Below, piece by piece: positions 6,035 to 14,944 of a stretch of 32,000 bases of DNA. How positions within the stretch are numbered: the first letter of the stretch is position 1; each line of letters begins with the position of its first letter. Under the pieces are notes generated by a model. It ran no database searches, was not told where the DNA came from, and saw only the letters and a list, made by a program, of their open reading frames with translations. Origin of the DNA: Microcystis aeruginosa NIES-2549 (GTDB lineage Bacteria > Cyanobacteriota > Cyanobacteriia > Cyanobacteriales > Microcystaceae); NCBI RefSeq assembly GCF_000981785.2, contig NZ_CP011304.1:1290001-1322000 (forward strand). Direction: 5' to 3'. Both the position numbers and the translations under genes were made by a program.

Positions 6035-6492
6035 AGTTAATTATTCTCCTTATATGTAGGGATTATGGACTGTTGGGGTGGAGGGGTATTTCAGGGACAA
6101 AGGAAAAAACCCCAACACCTAACCCCCTGTTGCCTAATCACTGAATCAATTATCCGTTTTCTCGCGCACAACGATCGAGGGGTAGTTATGAGAAAATCGT
6201 GATTATTTAGGGAGAATATGGGTTTTTAACCCTCCATGCCATGCTTAAACTGTCGTTTTCAGGGATTGGAAGAAGGGCAAAAATATCAGGCGTACAGTGT
6301 AAAAGTGAGAAGGTCTAGAGCATTCTACATTTTGCGCTGTTCCTACGTCAATGGTGCTTTGTCTGGGTGATATTTTGGCAAATGTGAGTGTATCCTTAAC
6401 CATATTTTATCACCTCAAACTAATCAACTTATTATTTGGCGAGTTCTAGCAGTTGTAAAAATTAATTGCTCGCTGAATTTTGATGATAAGAT

Positions 6493-6607
6493 ATAGCGTT
6501 TCCTAAGCTAGTGAGGTACACCTATTTTTCTTCCCTTTTGCCTTTTGCCTGTTGCCTTTTGCCTAAAACCCATAACTTTTGTACCTCAGCAGAGTGAAAA
6601 ACGCTAT
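6493..6607. repeat. Imperfect inverted repeat enclosing a (CTTTTGC)x4 heptamer array (6535..6562); MITE-like or terminator-like
   Basis: ATAGCGTTT..TGAGGTAC (6493..6519) faces GTACCTCA..AAACGCTAT (6581..6607). The right arm overlaps the stop codon of gene 6604..7416. Confidence 0.6.
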
Positions 6608-7416
6608 AAATTTTTAGTGATCACTTTCCACGCCCACTTTAAGGGTTTTCTGTTTTCCAATGCTTTTACAGAAACGGCAACAGTATCCATACTATTTAAC
6701 TGCAACAATTGATATCCTCGTGCGCTCAAGAGACTCCGAGCGGATATCCTATCGCTATCGGAAAGATGTTTATGCTCGTACAGGATTAAACTAGGCTGAA
6801 ACCGATCAATATCTATCATTTTCAGTACCTCGTAATCGAATCCCTCCGTATCTATGTGGATTAAATCTACAGTGCGAACCGAGTTCCGGTTACATAATTC
6901 TTCAAACGTTATACATTCCACTTGAGTTTTCCGAATTCGTTGTTCTAGTTCTGGGATAAAATCAATATGCTTTAAGACATGAGATAAGGAAAATGAACCG
7001 ATTTGATCGTACCAAACAGGCAAAGGGGAATCTGTCTCTTCAACATAGTAGAAGTCTTTAAACCCGTTTACCTCGGCAATCGCTACATTTTCCAACTTAA
7101 ATCGACCATAATCACCATATTTGGAGCATAATCTTTTGAATACATAGTCAACGGGTTCTATCATAATTCCACACCAACGTTTATCTAGCAGAAAATAACG
7201 TAGGGGATCACCGTAGCTAGAATCGTTTGAACCTACTTGAACAAAGAAAATATGCGCTTGTGAAATGGATAAACTATACAGCAGTGTATCGAGCTTATCC
7301 TTAAAGATTTTGTAGCGAAGACTAGGTGATTTAAAAATGCTCCAGAACTTTGACTGTTTGTCCGATCTTTTGCCGACTAATCGAGAGATATAAGTTTTAA
7401 GTTTTGCAAGTATCAT
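6604..7416 (-). CDS. FkbM-family methyltransferase
   Basis: ..FVQVGSNDSSYGDPL.. and ..VDLIHIDTEGFDYEVL.. match the FkbM-type SAM-methyltransferase pattern. Confidence 0.75.
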   Translation of the reverse strand: MILAKLKTYISRLVGKRSDKQSKFWSIFKSPSLRYKIFKDKLDTLLYSLSISQAHIFFVQVGSNDSSYGDPLRYFLLDKRWCGIMIEPVDYVFKRLCSKYGDYGRFKLENVAIAEVNGFKDFYYVEETDSPLPVWYDQIGSFSLSHVLKHIDFIPELEQRIRKTQVECITFEELCNRNSVRTVDLIHIDTEGFDYEVLKMIDIDRFQPSLILYEHKHLSDSDRISARSLLSARGYQLLQLNSMDTVAVSVKALENRKPLKWAWKVITKNL

Positions 7417-7438
7417 GGCTAAAAAATTATAACTTTTG

Positions 7439-8437
7439 CTAGAAAATATTAGAACTAAATGATTTGGTTTTGAAATAGGCTAGAGCCTTGTTAAAATATC
7501 GTTCTAATCTTTTTTTCCATGCCTCTTTCGGTCGCCATCCAGACCAATCCGTTCGATCTAAGTATTCAAAAAATTGCTTTTCTGTATCCCTTAACGGAGA
7601 GAATTTAAATTTCCAAGGTTTATCATCTGATGCAAAATGTATTAGATAAGGAGCTTCCATAACCTGATGATAAACTTCCTCGGAAAAATGACTTTCTTGC
7701 CAAGAAGAAAATTTATTAGGAAGTTGATTCCAGCGTGGATCCAGTTTCCCCCAACAGCCCGCCAAAATAGCGTTGAGACCGTCCTGATCCCAGTAACGGA
7801 GACGGCTCCCATTTTCCTCTAGATAATTAATAACTTTAAAAGACATATCGTCTTCTCGCCATTTTTTTAAATTAAGAATCATTACCCCAGAGTTAAAATA
7901 TGGCGTATCTGGGGGTATTTGAAGTTCTTGATAAGTTTTTAAGCCATTTTTACTTGACACTAGAGGACATCCCATATCTTGCACCGCAAATAAATATTGA
8001 TTATCAATATCAATTTTCCATAAATTGTTTAAATCTTCTTTCAAAATTAAATCACAATCTAGATAAATAACTTTCTCAATCGACGGGGGTAAGAGATAAG
8101 GAATTAATAAACGATAGTAAGCGGCAATAGTAACATGACCCCAAGTCGGAAGTTTTTCCACGATTGTAAAGAACGCTGCTTCTTGAGGCTTTAGCCAGTT
8201 AAGTACCACTTCAACTTCTAATTTTTGTAGGGACCGAATCACCTTTTTTTTATTAGCATTGGTAATTCCTCCATCAATAACATAAATAAAAGCTTTCCCC
8301 TCTTTCAGGTTCTCTGCCAAGGAGTAAAGCATTACGCCAAGAGGAATTGCGTAATTGTTGTCCGCAGCACAGACGACTGTGGGTGTTTTAGTATTTTGCA
8401 TTATCAACTCTTCGTGTCTTACAAGTTTAAATTCCAT
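7439..8437 (-). CDS. Glycosyltransferase family 8 (LPS/lipooligosaccharide-type galactosyl/glucosyltransferase-like)
   Basis: ..VVCAADNNYAIPLGVMLYSL.., ..VIYLDCDLIL.. (DxD) and ..YFNSGVMILNLKKWRE.. are GT8 hallmarks. An alternative start is the second Met (8401). Confidence 0.85.
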   Translation of the reverse strand: MEFKLVRHEELIMQNTKTPTVVCAADNNYAIPLGVMLYSLAENLKEGKAFIYVIDGGITNANKKKVIRSLQKLEVEVVLNWLKPQEAAFFTIVEKLPTWGHVTIAAYYRLLIPYLLPPSIEKVIYLDCDLILKEDLNNLWKIDIDNQYLFAVQDMGCPLVSSKNGLKTYQELQIPPDTPYFNSGVMILNLKKWREDDMSFKVINYLEENGSRLRYWDQDGLNAILAGCWGKLDPRWNQLPNKFSSWQESHFSEEVYHQVMEAPYLIHFASDDKPWKFKFSPLRDTEKQFFEYLDRTDWSGWRPKEAWKKRLERYFNKALAYFKTKSFSSNIF

Positions 8438-8683
8438 AGAAACAAGGTCAAAGAATCGCTTCTCTATTAGACATCTCTAAAAATTATAACCCAATTACAG
8501 CTTGCTTTTATGCTCTGTCCTAATTTAAAATAGTTCAATGGCTGAAATGTATATCTATCTTGGCTAATTCAATTTCACCGCAAAAATATAGGACAATTAA
8601 AATCATTTCTATTTGGGTAAGTTTCTTAACTAGAAAGACTTTTAGCCTTTTGACGATGACGGCTCGCCTCCTCCAGATAACTG

Positions 8684-8875
8684 CTATCGCAATGATGAGG
8701 GGAGCGGGATGAGCGAATCGGATTTGGCAAAAACTTCAGGGCGATCAGTGAGAACTACAAAAGGGCTATTATCAGCTATAGTACGAATATCCTCGGCGAG
8801 GGTAAGGGCATGATCTCGATATTTCTTCCCGACAGCTAGGGTGACGAAACAAATTTTCCTATCGATCAAACTCAT
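8684..8875 (-). pseudogene. N-terminal fragment of a nucleotide-sugar-transferase-like gene
   Basis: MSLIDRKICFVTLAVGKKYRDHALTLAEDIR..VVLTD resembles the start of a GT-A fold transferase, but the ORF ends after 63 aa and no coding continuation is visible downstream. Confidence 0.4.
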
Positions 8876-9185
8876 AGGCTACTGTTGGTATTGTCTTGAA
8901 CTGCCGCACACTCAGCGAGAATGCCACCACAGTTTACCATAGACCCATTGATCCGTCAAGATCGAATTGAGAGATAAATCTCCCGGTGCTTCCCCTGCCC
9001 CTTCTGCTCTCCCGGCTTGTCTCCACTGATCCTTTTAAAATTGACAGAGTAAATCTATCGGTTAAGTGGGATTGCCACGCCCCCCCTCTGGGAACCGCCT
9101 TCAATCGAATGATTGCCCGCCACAGTCAGCCATAAGGCAGCAAAAACTTTTCTTTTTGTTCCATTAAGCTTTGTTAACCGACTAT

Positions 9186-10139
9186 TTACAATAAAGCCAT
9201 TTCCCCCACTACTTCCAAGCGGGTATAACTGCCGATTGTCAGGAATTTTTCCGAGAGAGATTCGGCCACATTGGGAGTAATCCAGCCTAACTGTTTAAGA
9301 ATTTGCAAAGCGGCGGCATATTTAGCCCGTTTGGAACCATCTAGGGCTTTAATCGCTAATCCTAAACCTTCACCGACGCGCCCGATACATTGAATCCCTT
9401 CGGCCCCAGCTTTACTGACGATTTCTCCTTGGCTAACCTGCATTAATTCCGTATCAAAAGCCCCTTCTCCTGCTACCATGCGGGGATGATAGGTCATCGC
9501 CCGGACGATTCTTTCTAAGTCTAAACGGTTGCCAGAGGCTAACTGGGCGTAGAGATGGGCCATTTGCCCCAACTGCATTGAATAGGTGGGCGCACCGCAG
9601 TCATCGTGGGCGCTGATTAATTCATCCCCCGGCATCCCCAATAATTCGGCAATTTTGCTTAAAATTAGCTTCTGTATCTGACTAGAACGCCGGAGATAGC
9701 TATTTAACGGCCAGCCGCGCTGTTGACACACCGCTAACATCCCGGCGTGTTTACCAGAACAATTGTACTGGAGGCGACTGCGTTTACCTTCGGGGAGGGG
9801 ACATAGCAGGGCGTTGGGATCGATATCGGCGCGCCAGAGAATATTAAAGACTTGACGGGCGTGTTCCACCGTGCCTTGGTGAGAACTACAGATAATGGCT
9901 AGATCCTTATCGTTAAGATCGTAGCGTTCGAGGGTGCCGGTACTGATGACAGCCAGTGCTTGAAAAGGTTTCAGGGCCGAACGAATAAAGGCGCTAGTTT
10001 CGGCGCTGCCGGCGGTGGATAATACCCGGCCGCGGTCATCGCAAATAGCGGCCTCGACATGATGGACCGATTCAATAATGCCTTCCCGGAGGAGATGAAT
10101 TTCTAAGCGGTGGGTTGGTGTACGTTTTACCCTATTCAT
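9186..10139 (-). CDS. Asparaginase II family protein
   Basis: ..RSALKPFQALAV.., ..CSGKHAGMLAVC.. and ..DDCGAPT.. fit the L-asparaginase II family pattern. Confidence 0.8.
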   Translation of the reverse strand: MNRVKRTPTHRLEIHLLREGIIESVHHVEAAICDDRGRVLSTAGSAETSAFIRSALKPFQALAVISTGTLERYDLNDKDLAIICSSHQGTVEHARQVFNILWRADIDPNALLCPLPEGKRSRLQYNCSGKHAGMLAVCQQRGWPLNSYLRRSSQIQKLILSKIAELLGMPGDELISAHDDCGAPTYSMQLGQMAHLYAQLASGNRLDLERIVRAMTYHPRMVAGEGAFDTELMQVSQGEIVSKAGAEGIQCIGRVGEGLGLAIKALDGSKRAKYAAALQILKQLGWITPNVAESLSEKFLTIGSYTRLEVVGEMALL

Positions 10140-10154
10140 TCAGATTGGTTGCGG

Positions 10155-10658
10155 TTAGTGAGTGAAAAATAGCCAGAAAAGACCACTGATAGCGACAATT
10201 GCCCCTAGAATTAGGGCGGTTTTTTGTAAACGCTGGAGAATGGGCTGGATTTGATAGGAGACGATTAAACGATCGCGGGTTAAAATAGCGGCGGTTTTTG
10301 TCCAGATTTGGCCATCATACCAGCCCGACTCTTCATAAAATACTTTCTCCGATTGCAGGCGGTCATAGACGTAGATCCAGCCTAAATACAAGCGCAATAA
10401 CACCAATCCTACCAAAATTGTCGAGCCAAAAATCCCCGCGCAGAAGAAGAGAAAAGGGGCCTTTTTCAGGGGAAAACTAGCGGCGGCAATCGGTCCGACA
10501 ATTAACCATGTCCACAACCATAACCAGACAATTTTTTTTGTATAAGAGGCTACATCTAGCGTTGCCCAACGGAAAAACCAAGATTCTTTTAATTGTTCGT
10601 ACTCGTTAACCGGTTGCTGTTCTTCCGGGACGGGACAGAAATCAAGGGAGGATTTCAT
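10155..10658 (-). CDS. ycf36: Ycf36 / DUF1230 (CGLD27-like) membrane protein
   Basis: N-terminal CPVPEEQQPVNEYEQLKESWFFRW followed by hydrophobic helices, typical of cyanobacterial/plastid Ycf36. Confidence 0.8.
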   Translation of the reverse strand: MKSSLDFCPVPEEQQPVNEYEQLKESWFFRWATLDVASYTKKIVWLWLWTWLIVGPIAAASFPLKKAPFLFFCAGIFGSTILVGLVLLRLYLGWIYVYDRLQSEKVFYEESGWYDGQIWTKTAAILTRDRLIVSYQIQPILQRLQKTALILGAIVAISGLFWLFFTH

Positions 10659-10663
10659 GGATT

Positions 10664-11068
10664 CTACTCCTCCAAATGGTCGCTAGGTAGAGGAATCCGT
10701 TGAGCATGACCCCAAAATGCTTCTAAATTATAAAATTCTCGCTCTTTTGGCAAAAAGATATGGACAATGATAGCGCCATAATCCATCAGGATCCAGCTAC
10801 CTTCGCTTTTTCCTTCCACTTGTCGGGGGGATTGTTGCCATTCTAGTTCCATAGCGGCTTCGATCGCATCCTCGATCGCTCGCACTTGAGTGGTAGAATA
10901 GCCGGTAATAATCAGAAAATAATCGGTTAAATAACAGATATCGGCGACTTTCAGGATGGCGATGTCCCCTGCTTTCTTGTCCTCGGCAGCGGTAACAATT
11001 GTCTCTAGAAAATTTTCGGTCTTGAGATTTTCGGCGACAGGGGTAATAATTCCAGTGGGATTGGTCAT
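10664..11068 (-). CDS. rsfS: Ribosome silencing factor RsfS (iojap)
   Basis: ..LKVADICYLTDYFLIITGYSTTQVRAI.. and ..WILMDYGAIIVHIF.. fit the RsfS pattern. Confidence 0.9.
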   Translation of the reverse strand: MTNPTGIITPVAENLKTENFLETIVTAAEDKKAGDIAILKVADICYLTDYFLIITGYSTTQVRAIEDAIEAAMELEWQQSPRQVEGKSEGSWILMDYGAIIVHIFLPKEREFYNLEAFWGHAQRIPLPSDHLEE

Positions 11069-11123
11069 TCAGGTTGTGGTTATCCTTTGGCTGAGGTGGT
11101 TGTAAGCGAGTCTTGAGATTATG

Positions 11124-11747
11124 TTAATCAATGGGTTTAGTTTTTGTTGGTTGTTCTTTAACAATTTGTAACGCCCAGTTGCGCGTTAGCACGGTGCGGG
11201 GATGAATGGGACAATGGCTACTTAAAAGATATTTTAGGGAATAATCGCAGGTTTGTTGAACGCTTTTATGGAGATTTTGATAGCTGAGTTGTCGTAGGGC
11301 GTTTAATTCGGGTGTATCGCCGCGATTGGGTTCCAAGGCATCGGCAATAAAGACTATACAGCTAAGATCGCTCATATTGGGTTTACCGAGGGTATGATTG
11401 CGAATTGCTTCGAGAATTTCCTCATCGGTAACGTTAAATTCTTTTTGGGCGACAACTGCACTGACATCGGCGTGGAGTAAGTGGGGATGGGATGCACAGA
11501 TATTATCCACGTCTATTCCCGCCGATTCCGCCATTTTTAGCAGTTTTTTGGGCTTGAAAAATTTAGCCAGATCGTGCATTAACCCGGCTTGCCCTGCTTG
11601 GACGGTATCGAGATCGTGATGACGAGCTAAATCAATACACATGGTCTCCACACCAAGAATATGGCGCAGACGGTGTTCGTTGACGTTTTCTTTTAACCAG
11701 TCGATAACTTGCTGTCGCATCTTTTTTTTGCCCTTGTGGAACCCCAA
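11124..11747 (-). CDS. yqeK: HD-domain YqeK-type bis(5'-nucleosyl)-tetraphosphatase
   Basis: RLRHILGVETM.. and ..GLMHDLAK.. give the HD motif. It lies adjacent to rsfS, as in many bacteria. The start may be the downstream Met at 11720. Confidence 0.8.
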   Translation of the reverse strand: MGFHKGKKKMRQQVIDWLKENVNEHRLRHILGVETMCIDLARHHDLDTVQAGQAGLMHDLAKFFKPKKLLKMAESAGIDVDNICASHPHLLHADVSAVVAQKEFNVTDEEILEAIRNHTLGKPNMSDLSCIVFIADALEPNRGDTPELNALRQLSYQNLHKSVQQTCDYSLKYLLSSHCPIHPRTVLTRNWALQIVKEQPTKTKPID

Positions 11748-11800
11748 AACGATTGTAACAATTACTATACAATTTTGCCTATCGCTTCAAGGTTCGATCT

Positions 11801-13369
11801 TTACCAATCATCCTCGCGAGTAGCTTCTAAAACTTCTTCTTGCTGCCAATCATCCTGAAAAGGTTGTACCACTTTACCGATCGCATCGGCCACAAAAGAC
11901 TTAATAAATTCTTCCTTGCGACTGAGTTGAAATTGTCTTTGTACCACTTCCGTCATGCCACCGTCACCCCAGTCTTGATCCTGACGGAAATATTCAATAA
12001 AACTTTTGCCAGCAATGCGGGTTAAATAGGCGGCACTGACTCCTTGAATTGCCTTCCCGACTATATAGGTAGTAAAATTTAATTGTAGGATTCTGGCTAA
12101 TAATTCTACTGCTCCTTTCACCACTCCCAAACTAACTAGAGTTTTACCCAAAGATACGGCCAATTCTTTGCCTCGATCGCTGTTAATTTCACAGCCATAA
12201 ACTTGACCAATTTCCCTAACCATTTGAGCATTAACCGCCGCCGTTGCTAACATATCGATCACCGGTAAGGGAGTCACCGCAATCACTCCCGCACCGATCC
12301 ACTGATAGCGATCGATAATTTTATCAGCTTGGCGACGACGTTGGCGATCGATAATTTTCCTAGCTTCTTCTCCTAATCTTTGGGATTGTAAGAGGATATT
12401 ATCCGCCACTAAATCCTCCCCTTCGGCCCGTAAAACTGAAGCTAAACGTTTAATTAAAGCTAAAATATCCGGTTCCGGTGTGATGATTTGTCCACCGGTT
12501 AACTGTACTGGTTGGGGATTAGCGGTAACGGCAATAATATCGGCGGAAAGGATCACTCCTTTTAGCCGTTCTCGTAATTGTTTTAAAATCATTTCTCGAT
12601 CTTCGTCGCTATAGAGATCGATTTTATTAAAGACTAAGAGAGAACGTTTACCAATATCAATTAAACCCAATAAAGGGCCGTATTCCGATTGTCGAATATC
12701 GTTATCGATGACAAATAAAAGTAAATCTGCTTCCGTGGCTAATTGTCGCGCTAACTGTTCCCTTTGACCTCCGGCCGCACCAATTTCGAGAATGCCGGGG
12801 GTATCGGTAATTTGAATTTCCCGATTCACACCTTTCATTTTTAAACTATAGGTTTCCCCTTTTTCCGTGGTTCCCATGGTTGCCTCCACATTGCCCACCA
12901 TTTGACCGATGAGGGCGTTAATTAGGGAGGTTTTTCCCGCCGATCCCGTGCCGAAAACAATGATTTTAACTTCTTTTCTGGCTAAACTTCGCTCAATTTC
13001 TTGAGAACGCTTAATAAAAACCTGTTGAGTTACTTTATCTTGAATTTGCTCCACTTGTTGCCGGATAGCTTTTAAGGTTTCCCCGGCGGCCTCGGTTTTT
13101 TCTACTGGTAATTTTAGGGGTGGACGGGAGGAAGAATGCAACCCGCGGCGACTTTTTGGGCGCTGGGGCAGCAGATAAAAGTAGTACAAAAGAACGTATA
13201 TCAGCAAGCCCAGCAGTCCGATAATGAGCAAAAGCAGAATATTAGCTAAGATAGGAGCGGTAAAGGCGATCTGGATGTAAAGACGATAGATAGAGTTGAC
13301 TAACCACAACATTAATCCGAAAATAAAGCTCAGACCAATGATTAAAGTGGCAAGACGGGGTAATTTCAT
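11801..13369 (-). CDS. Membrane-anchored GTPase with a DUF697 (YcjF-like) C-terminal domain
   Basis: N-terminal TM helices, a P-loop GTGSAGKTSLINAL, DTPG, NKID, and a C-terminal ..IGAGVIAVTPLPVIDMLATAAVNAQMVREIGQVYG.. DUF697-like segment. Confidence 0.8.
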   Translation of the reverse strand: MKLPRLATLIIGLSFIFGLMLWLVNSIYRLYIQIAFTAPILANILLLLIIGLLGLLIYVLLYYFYLLPQRPKSRRGLHSSSRPPLKLPVEKTEAAGETLKAIRQQVEQIQDKVTQQVFIKRSQEIERSLARKEVKIIVFGTGSAGKTSLINALIGQMVGNVEATMGTTEKGETYSLKMKGVNREIQITDTPGILEIGAAGGQREQLARQLATEADLLLFVIDNDIRQSEYGPLLGLIDIGKRSLLVFNKIDLYSDEDREMILKQLRERLKGVILSADIIAVTANPQPVQLTGGQIITPEPDILALIKRLASVLRAEGEDLVADNILLQSQRLGEEARKIIDRQRRRQADKIIDRYQWIGAGVIAVTPLPVIDMLATAAVNAQMVREIGQVYGCEINSDRGKELAVSLGKTLVSLGVVKGAVELLARILQLNFTTYIVGKAIQGVSAAYLTRIAGKSFIEYFRQDQDWGDGGMTEVVQRQFQLSRKEEFIKSFVADAIGKVVQPFQDDWQQEEVLEATREDDW

Positions 13370-13460
13370 CGGAAATTTTGGGTCTGAAACCCCGTCGTTC
13401 TACGACGGCTTTGCTGTTAAATATTAGCACATTTACGAAATATATGCTAAAATGTGAGAT

Positions 13461-14573
13461 ATGGAAAAAGCCTATTCTTACCGATTTTACCCCACACCCG
13501 AACAAGAGTCGCTATTGCGGCGCACTTTGGGCTGTGTAAGATTAGTTTACAACAAAGCTCTCCACGAACGAACACAAGCTTGGTACGAAAAGCAAGAAAG
13601 AGTAGGCTACGCTCAAACTTCTTCAATGCTAACCGATTGGAAAAAACAAGAAGAATTAGAGTTTTTAAACGAAGTTAGCTGTGTACCCTTACAACAAGGG
13701 TTAAGACATTTACAAACAGCTTTCACTAATTTCTTTGCTGGTCGTACTAAGTATCCTAACTTTAAGAAAAAACATCAGGGAGGAAGTGCCGAATTTACCA
13801 AGTCTGCTTTTAAATTTAAAGACAGACAAATCTATTTAGCTAAATGCACAGAACCTTTACCTATTCGATGGTCAAGACAAATCCCAGAAAGCTGTGAACC
13901 AAGCACAGTAACAGTCAGATTACATCCCTCTGGACGCTGGCATATTTCAATAAGATTTGATGACCCAACGATTAAGCCTTTACCAGTAACAGATAAAGCC
14001 ATTGGAATTGACTTAGGAATTAGTAGCCTAGTAATTACCAGCGATGGCGATAAAGTATCTAATCCCAAGCATTTTAAGAAACATTATCAGAGGTTGCGAA
14101 GAGCATCGAAAAGCCTTTCTAGAAAACAGAAAGGGTCAAAAAATCGAGAAAAGGCAAAAATCAAAGTAGCCAGAATTCACGCTCAAATCACCGATAGTAG
14201 AAAAGACCATCTACATAAGCTAACCACTCAATTAGTTCGTGAAAACCAAACGATTGTGGTTGAGAATTTAGCCGTCAAGAATATGGTCAAAAACCCGAAA
14301 TTATCTCAGGCAATATCTGATGTAAGCTGGGGTGAAATCACTAGACAATTAGCCTATAAATGCCGTTGGTATGGGAGAAATTACATCGAAATAGATAGAT
14401 GGTTTCCTAGCTCTAAAAGGTGTAGTAATTGCGGGTATATTGCTGAGAAAATGCCGTTAAATGTTCGAGAATGGGACTGTCCAGACTGTGGGACACACCA
14501 TGACCGAGATATTAACGCAAGTAAAAATATTTTGGCCGCAGGGCTTGCGGTGTCAGTCTGTAGAGCGACCTGA
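13461..14573 (+). CDS. tnpB: TnpB (OrfB) RNA-guided endonuclease-type transposon protein
   Basis: MEKAYSYRFYPTPEQ.. N-terminus. The split RuvC triad is IGIDLGI / VVVENL / HDRDINASKNI, with a zinc ribbon CSNCGY..CPDCGTHH. Confidence 0.95.
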   Translation: MEKAYSYRFYPTPEQESLLRRTLGCVRLVYNKALHERTQAWYEKQERVGYAQTSSMLTDWKKQEELEFLNEVSCVPLQQGLRHLQTAFTNFFAGRTKYPNFKKKHQGGSAEFTKSAFKFKDRQIYLAKCTEPLPIRWSRQIPESCEPSTVTVRLHPSGRWHISIRFDDPTIKPLPVTDKAIGIDLGISSLVITSDGDKVSNPKHFKKHYQRLRRASKSLSRKQKGSKNREKAKIKVARIHAQITDSRKDHLHKLTTQLVRENQTIVVENLAVKNMVKNPKLSQAISDVSWGEITRQLAYKCRWYGRNYIEIDRWFPSSKRCSNCGYIAEKMPLNVREWDCPDCGTHHDRDINASKNILAAGLAVSVCRAT

Positions 14574-14574
14574 T

Positions 14575-14690
14575 GACCAGAACAGAGTAAATCTGTTAAG
14601 GCAGGTGCGAAAAATCCTTCGGGACAGAAGCAGAAACCCAAATCGTGAGGTTTGGGAATCGCCGTCCGTTTACGGCGGTGAGGATGTCAA
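14575..14690 (+). ncRNA. Structured 3' part of a putative omega-RNA (reRNA) of TnpB; the true 5' end is probably inside the tnpB 3' coding region
   Basis: Consecutive hairpins immediately after the tnpB stop: TCC-ttcg-GGA (~14615), CCCAAA-tcgtgagg-TTTGGG (14636..14656) and CGCCGT..ACGGCG (14660..14677). This position is as expected for TnpB guide-RNA scaffolds. Confidence 0.45.
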
Positions 14691-14728
14691 AATTGTTTTT
14701 ATTCATCAGTAGGGGGGCAAAATTATTT

Positions 14729-14869
14729 GTAGGATGGGTTAGCGGTAGCGTAACATAATCGGGCGTTGGGTTTCATGCTTCAACCGTTCGGCAAAAGCTC
14801 ACGGCCGAAGCCCAACCTACGTTCTTCCCCACTTCCCCATCTCCCCACTTCCCCACCTCCCCACTTCCC
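14729..14869 (+). repeat. Palindromic element (14729..14820) followed by a C-rich octamer array (CCCCAYYT)x5 (14827..14869)
   Basis: GTAGGaTGGG..CCCAACCTAC outer arms, with inner stems GTTGGGtTTC/GAAgCCCAAC and TTCGGC/GCCGAA. The array reads ccccactt ccccatct ccccactt ccccacct ccccactt. Confidence 0.8.
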
Positions 14870-14944
14870 GCTCCTTCGGGCCAGAAAAGGGGTAAGATAA
14901 TAAGTTTAGTGATAAGATGACCGAATTGTGAGCGGGGACTTGAT

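Larger units (their letters stand above)
13385..14690 (+). mobile_element. IS200/IS605-family element of the TnpB-only (IS1341-like) type; no tnpA present; ends approximate (about +/-30 bp)
   Basis: Subterminal hairpins: the left is CCGTCG-ttcta-CGACGG (13392..13408) and the right is CGCCGT-ccgttt-ACGGCG (14660..14677), followed by gtgaggatgtcaa. It carries a single tnpB ORF. Confidence 0.75.

Noticed and set aside
8876-9185. 310-bp non-coding stretch upstream of the transferase stump, considered as an sRNA or riboswitch
   Set aside because: I could not recognise any known RNA family signature or convincing conserved structure by eye. It is most simply decayed remnant DNA of the islet, and would need a covariance-model scan to revisit.
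11770-11800. tRNA T-arm-like string ggttcgatc between yqeK and the GTPase gene
   Set aside because: There is no acceptor stem, anticodon arm or D-arm complementarity around it. It is a chance match in a 53-nt spacer.
13242-13505. 87-aa minus-strand ORF spanning the GTPase start and the IS left end
   Set aside because: It crosses the element boundary and overlaps both the GTPase and tnpB starts, with a hydrophobic/low-complexity sequence. It is spurious.
14381-14712. ORFs 14381..14641 (-) and 14461..14712 (+) at the tnpB 3' end
   Set aside because: They overlap the tnpB coding end and the hairpin-rich right end, which is better explained as an omega-RNA scaffold.
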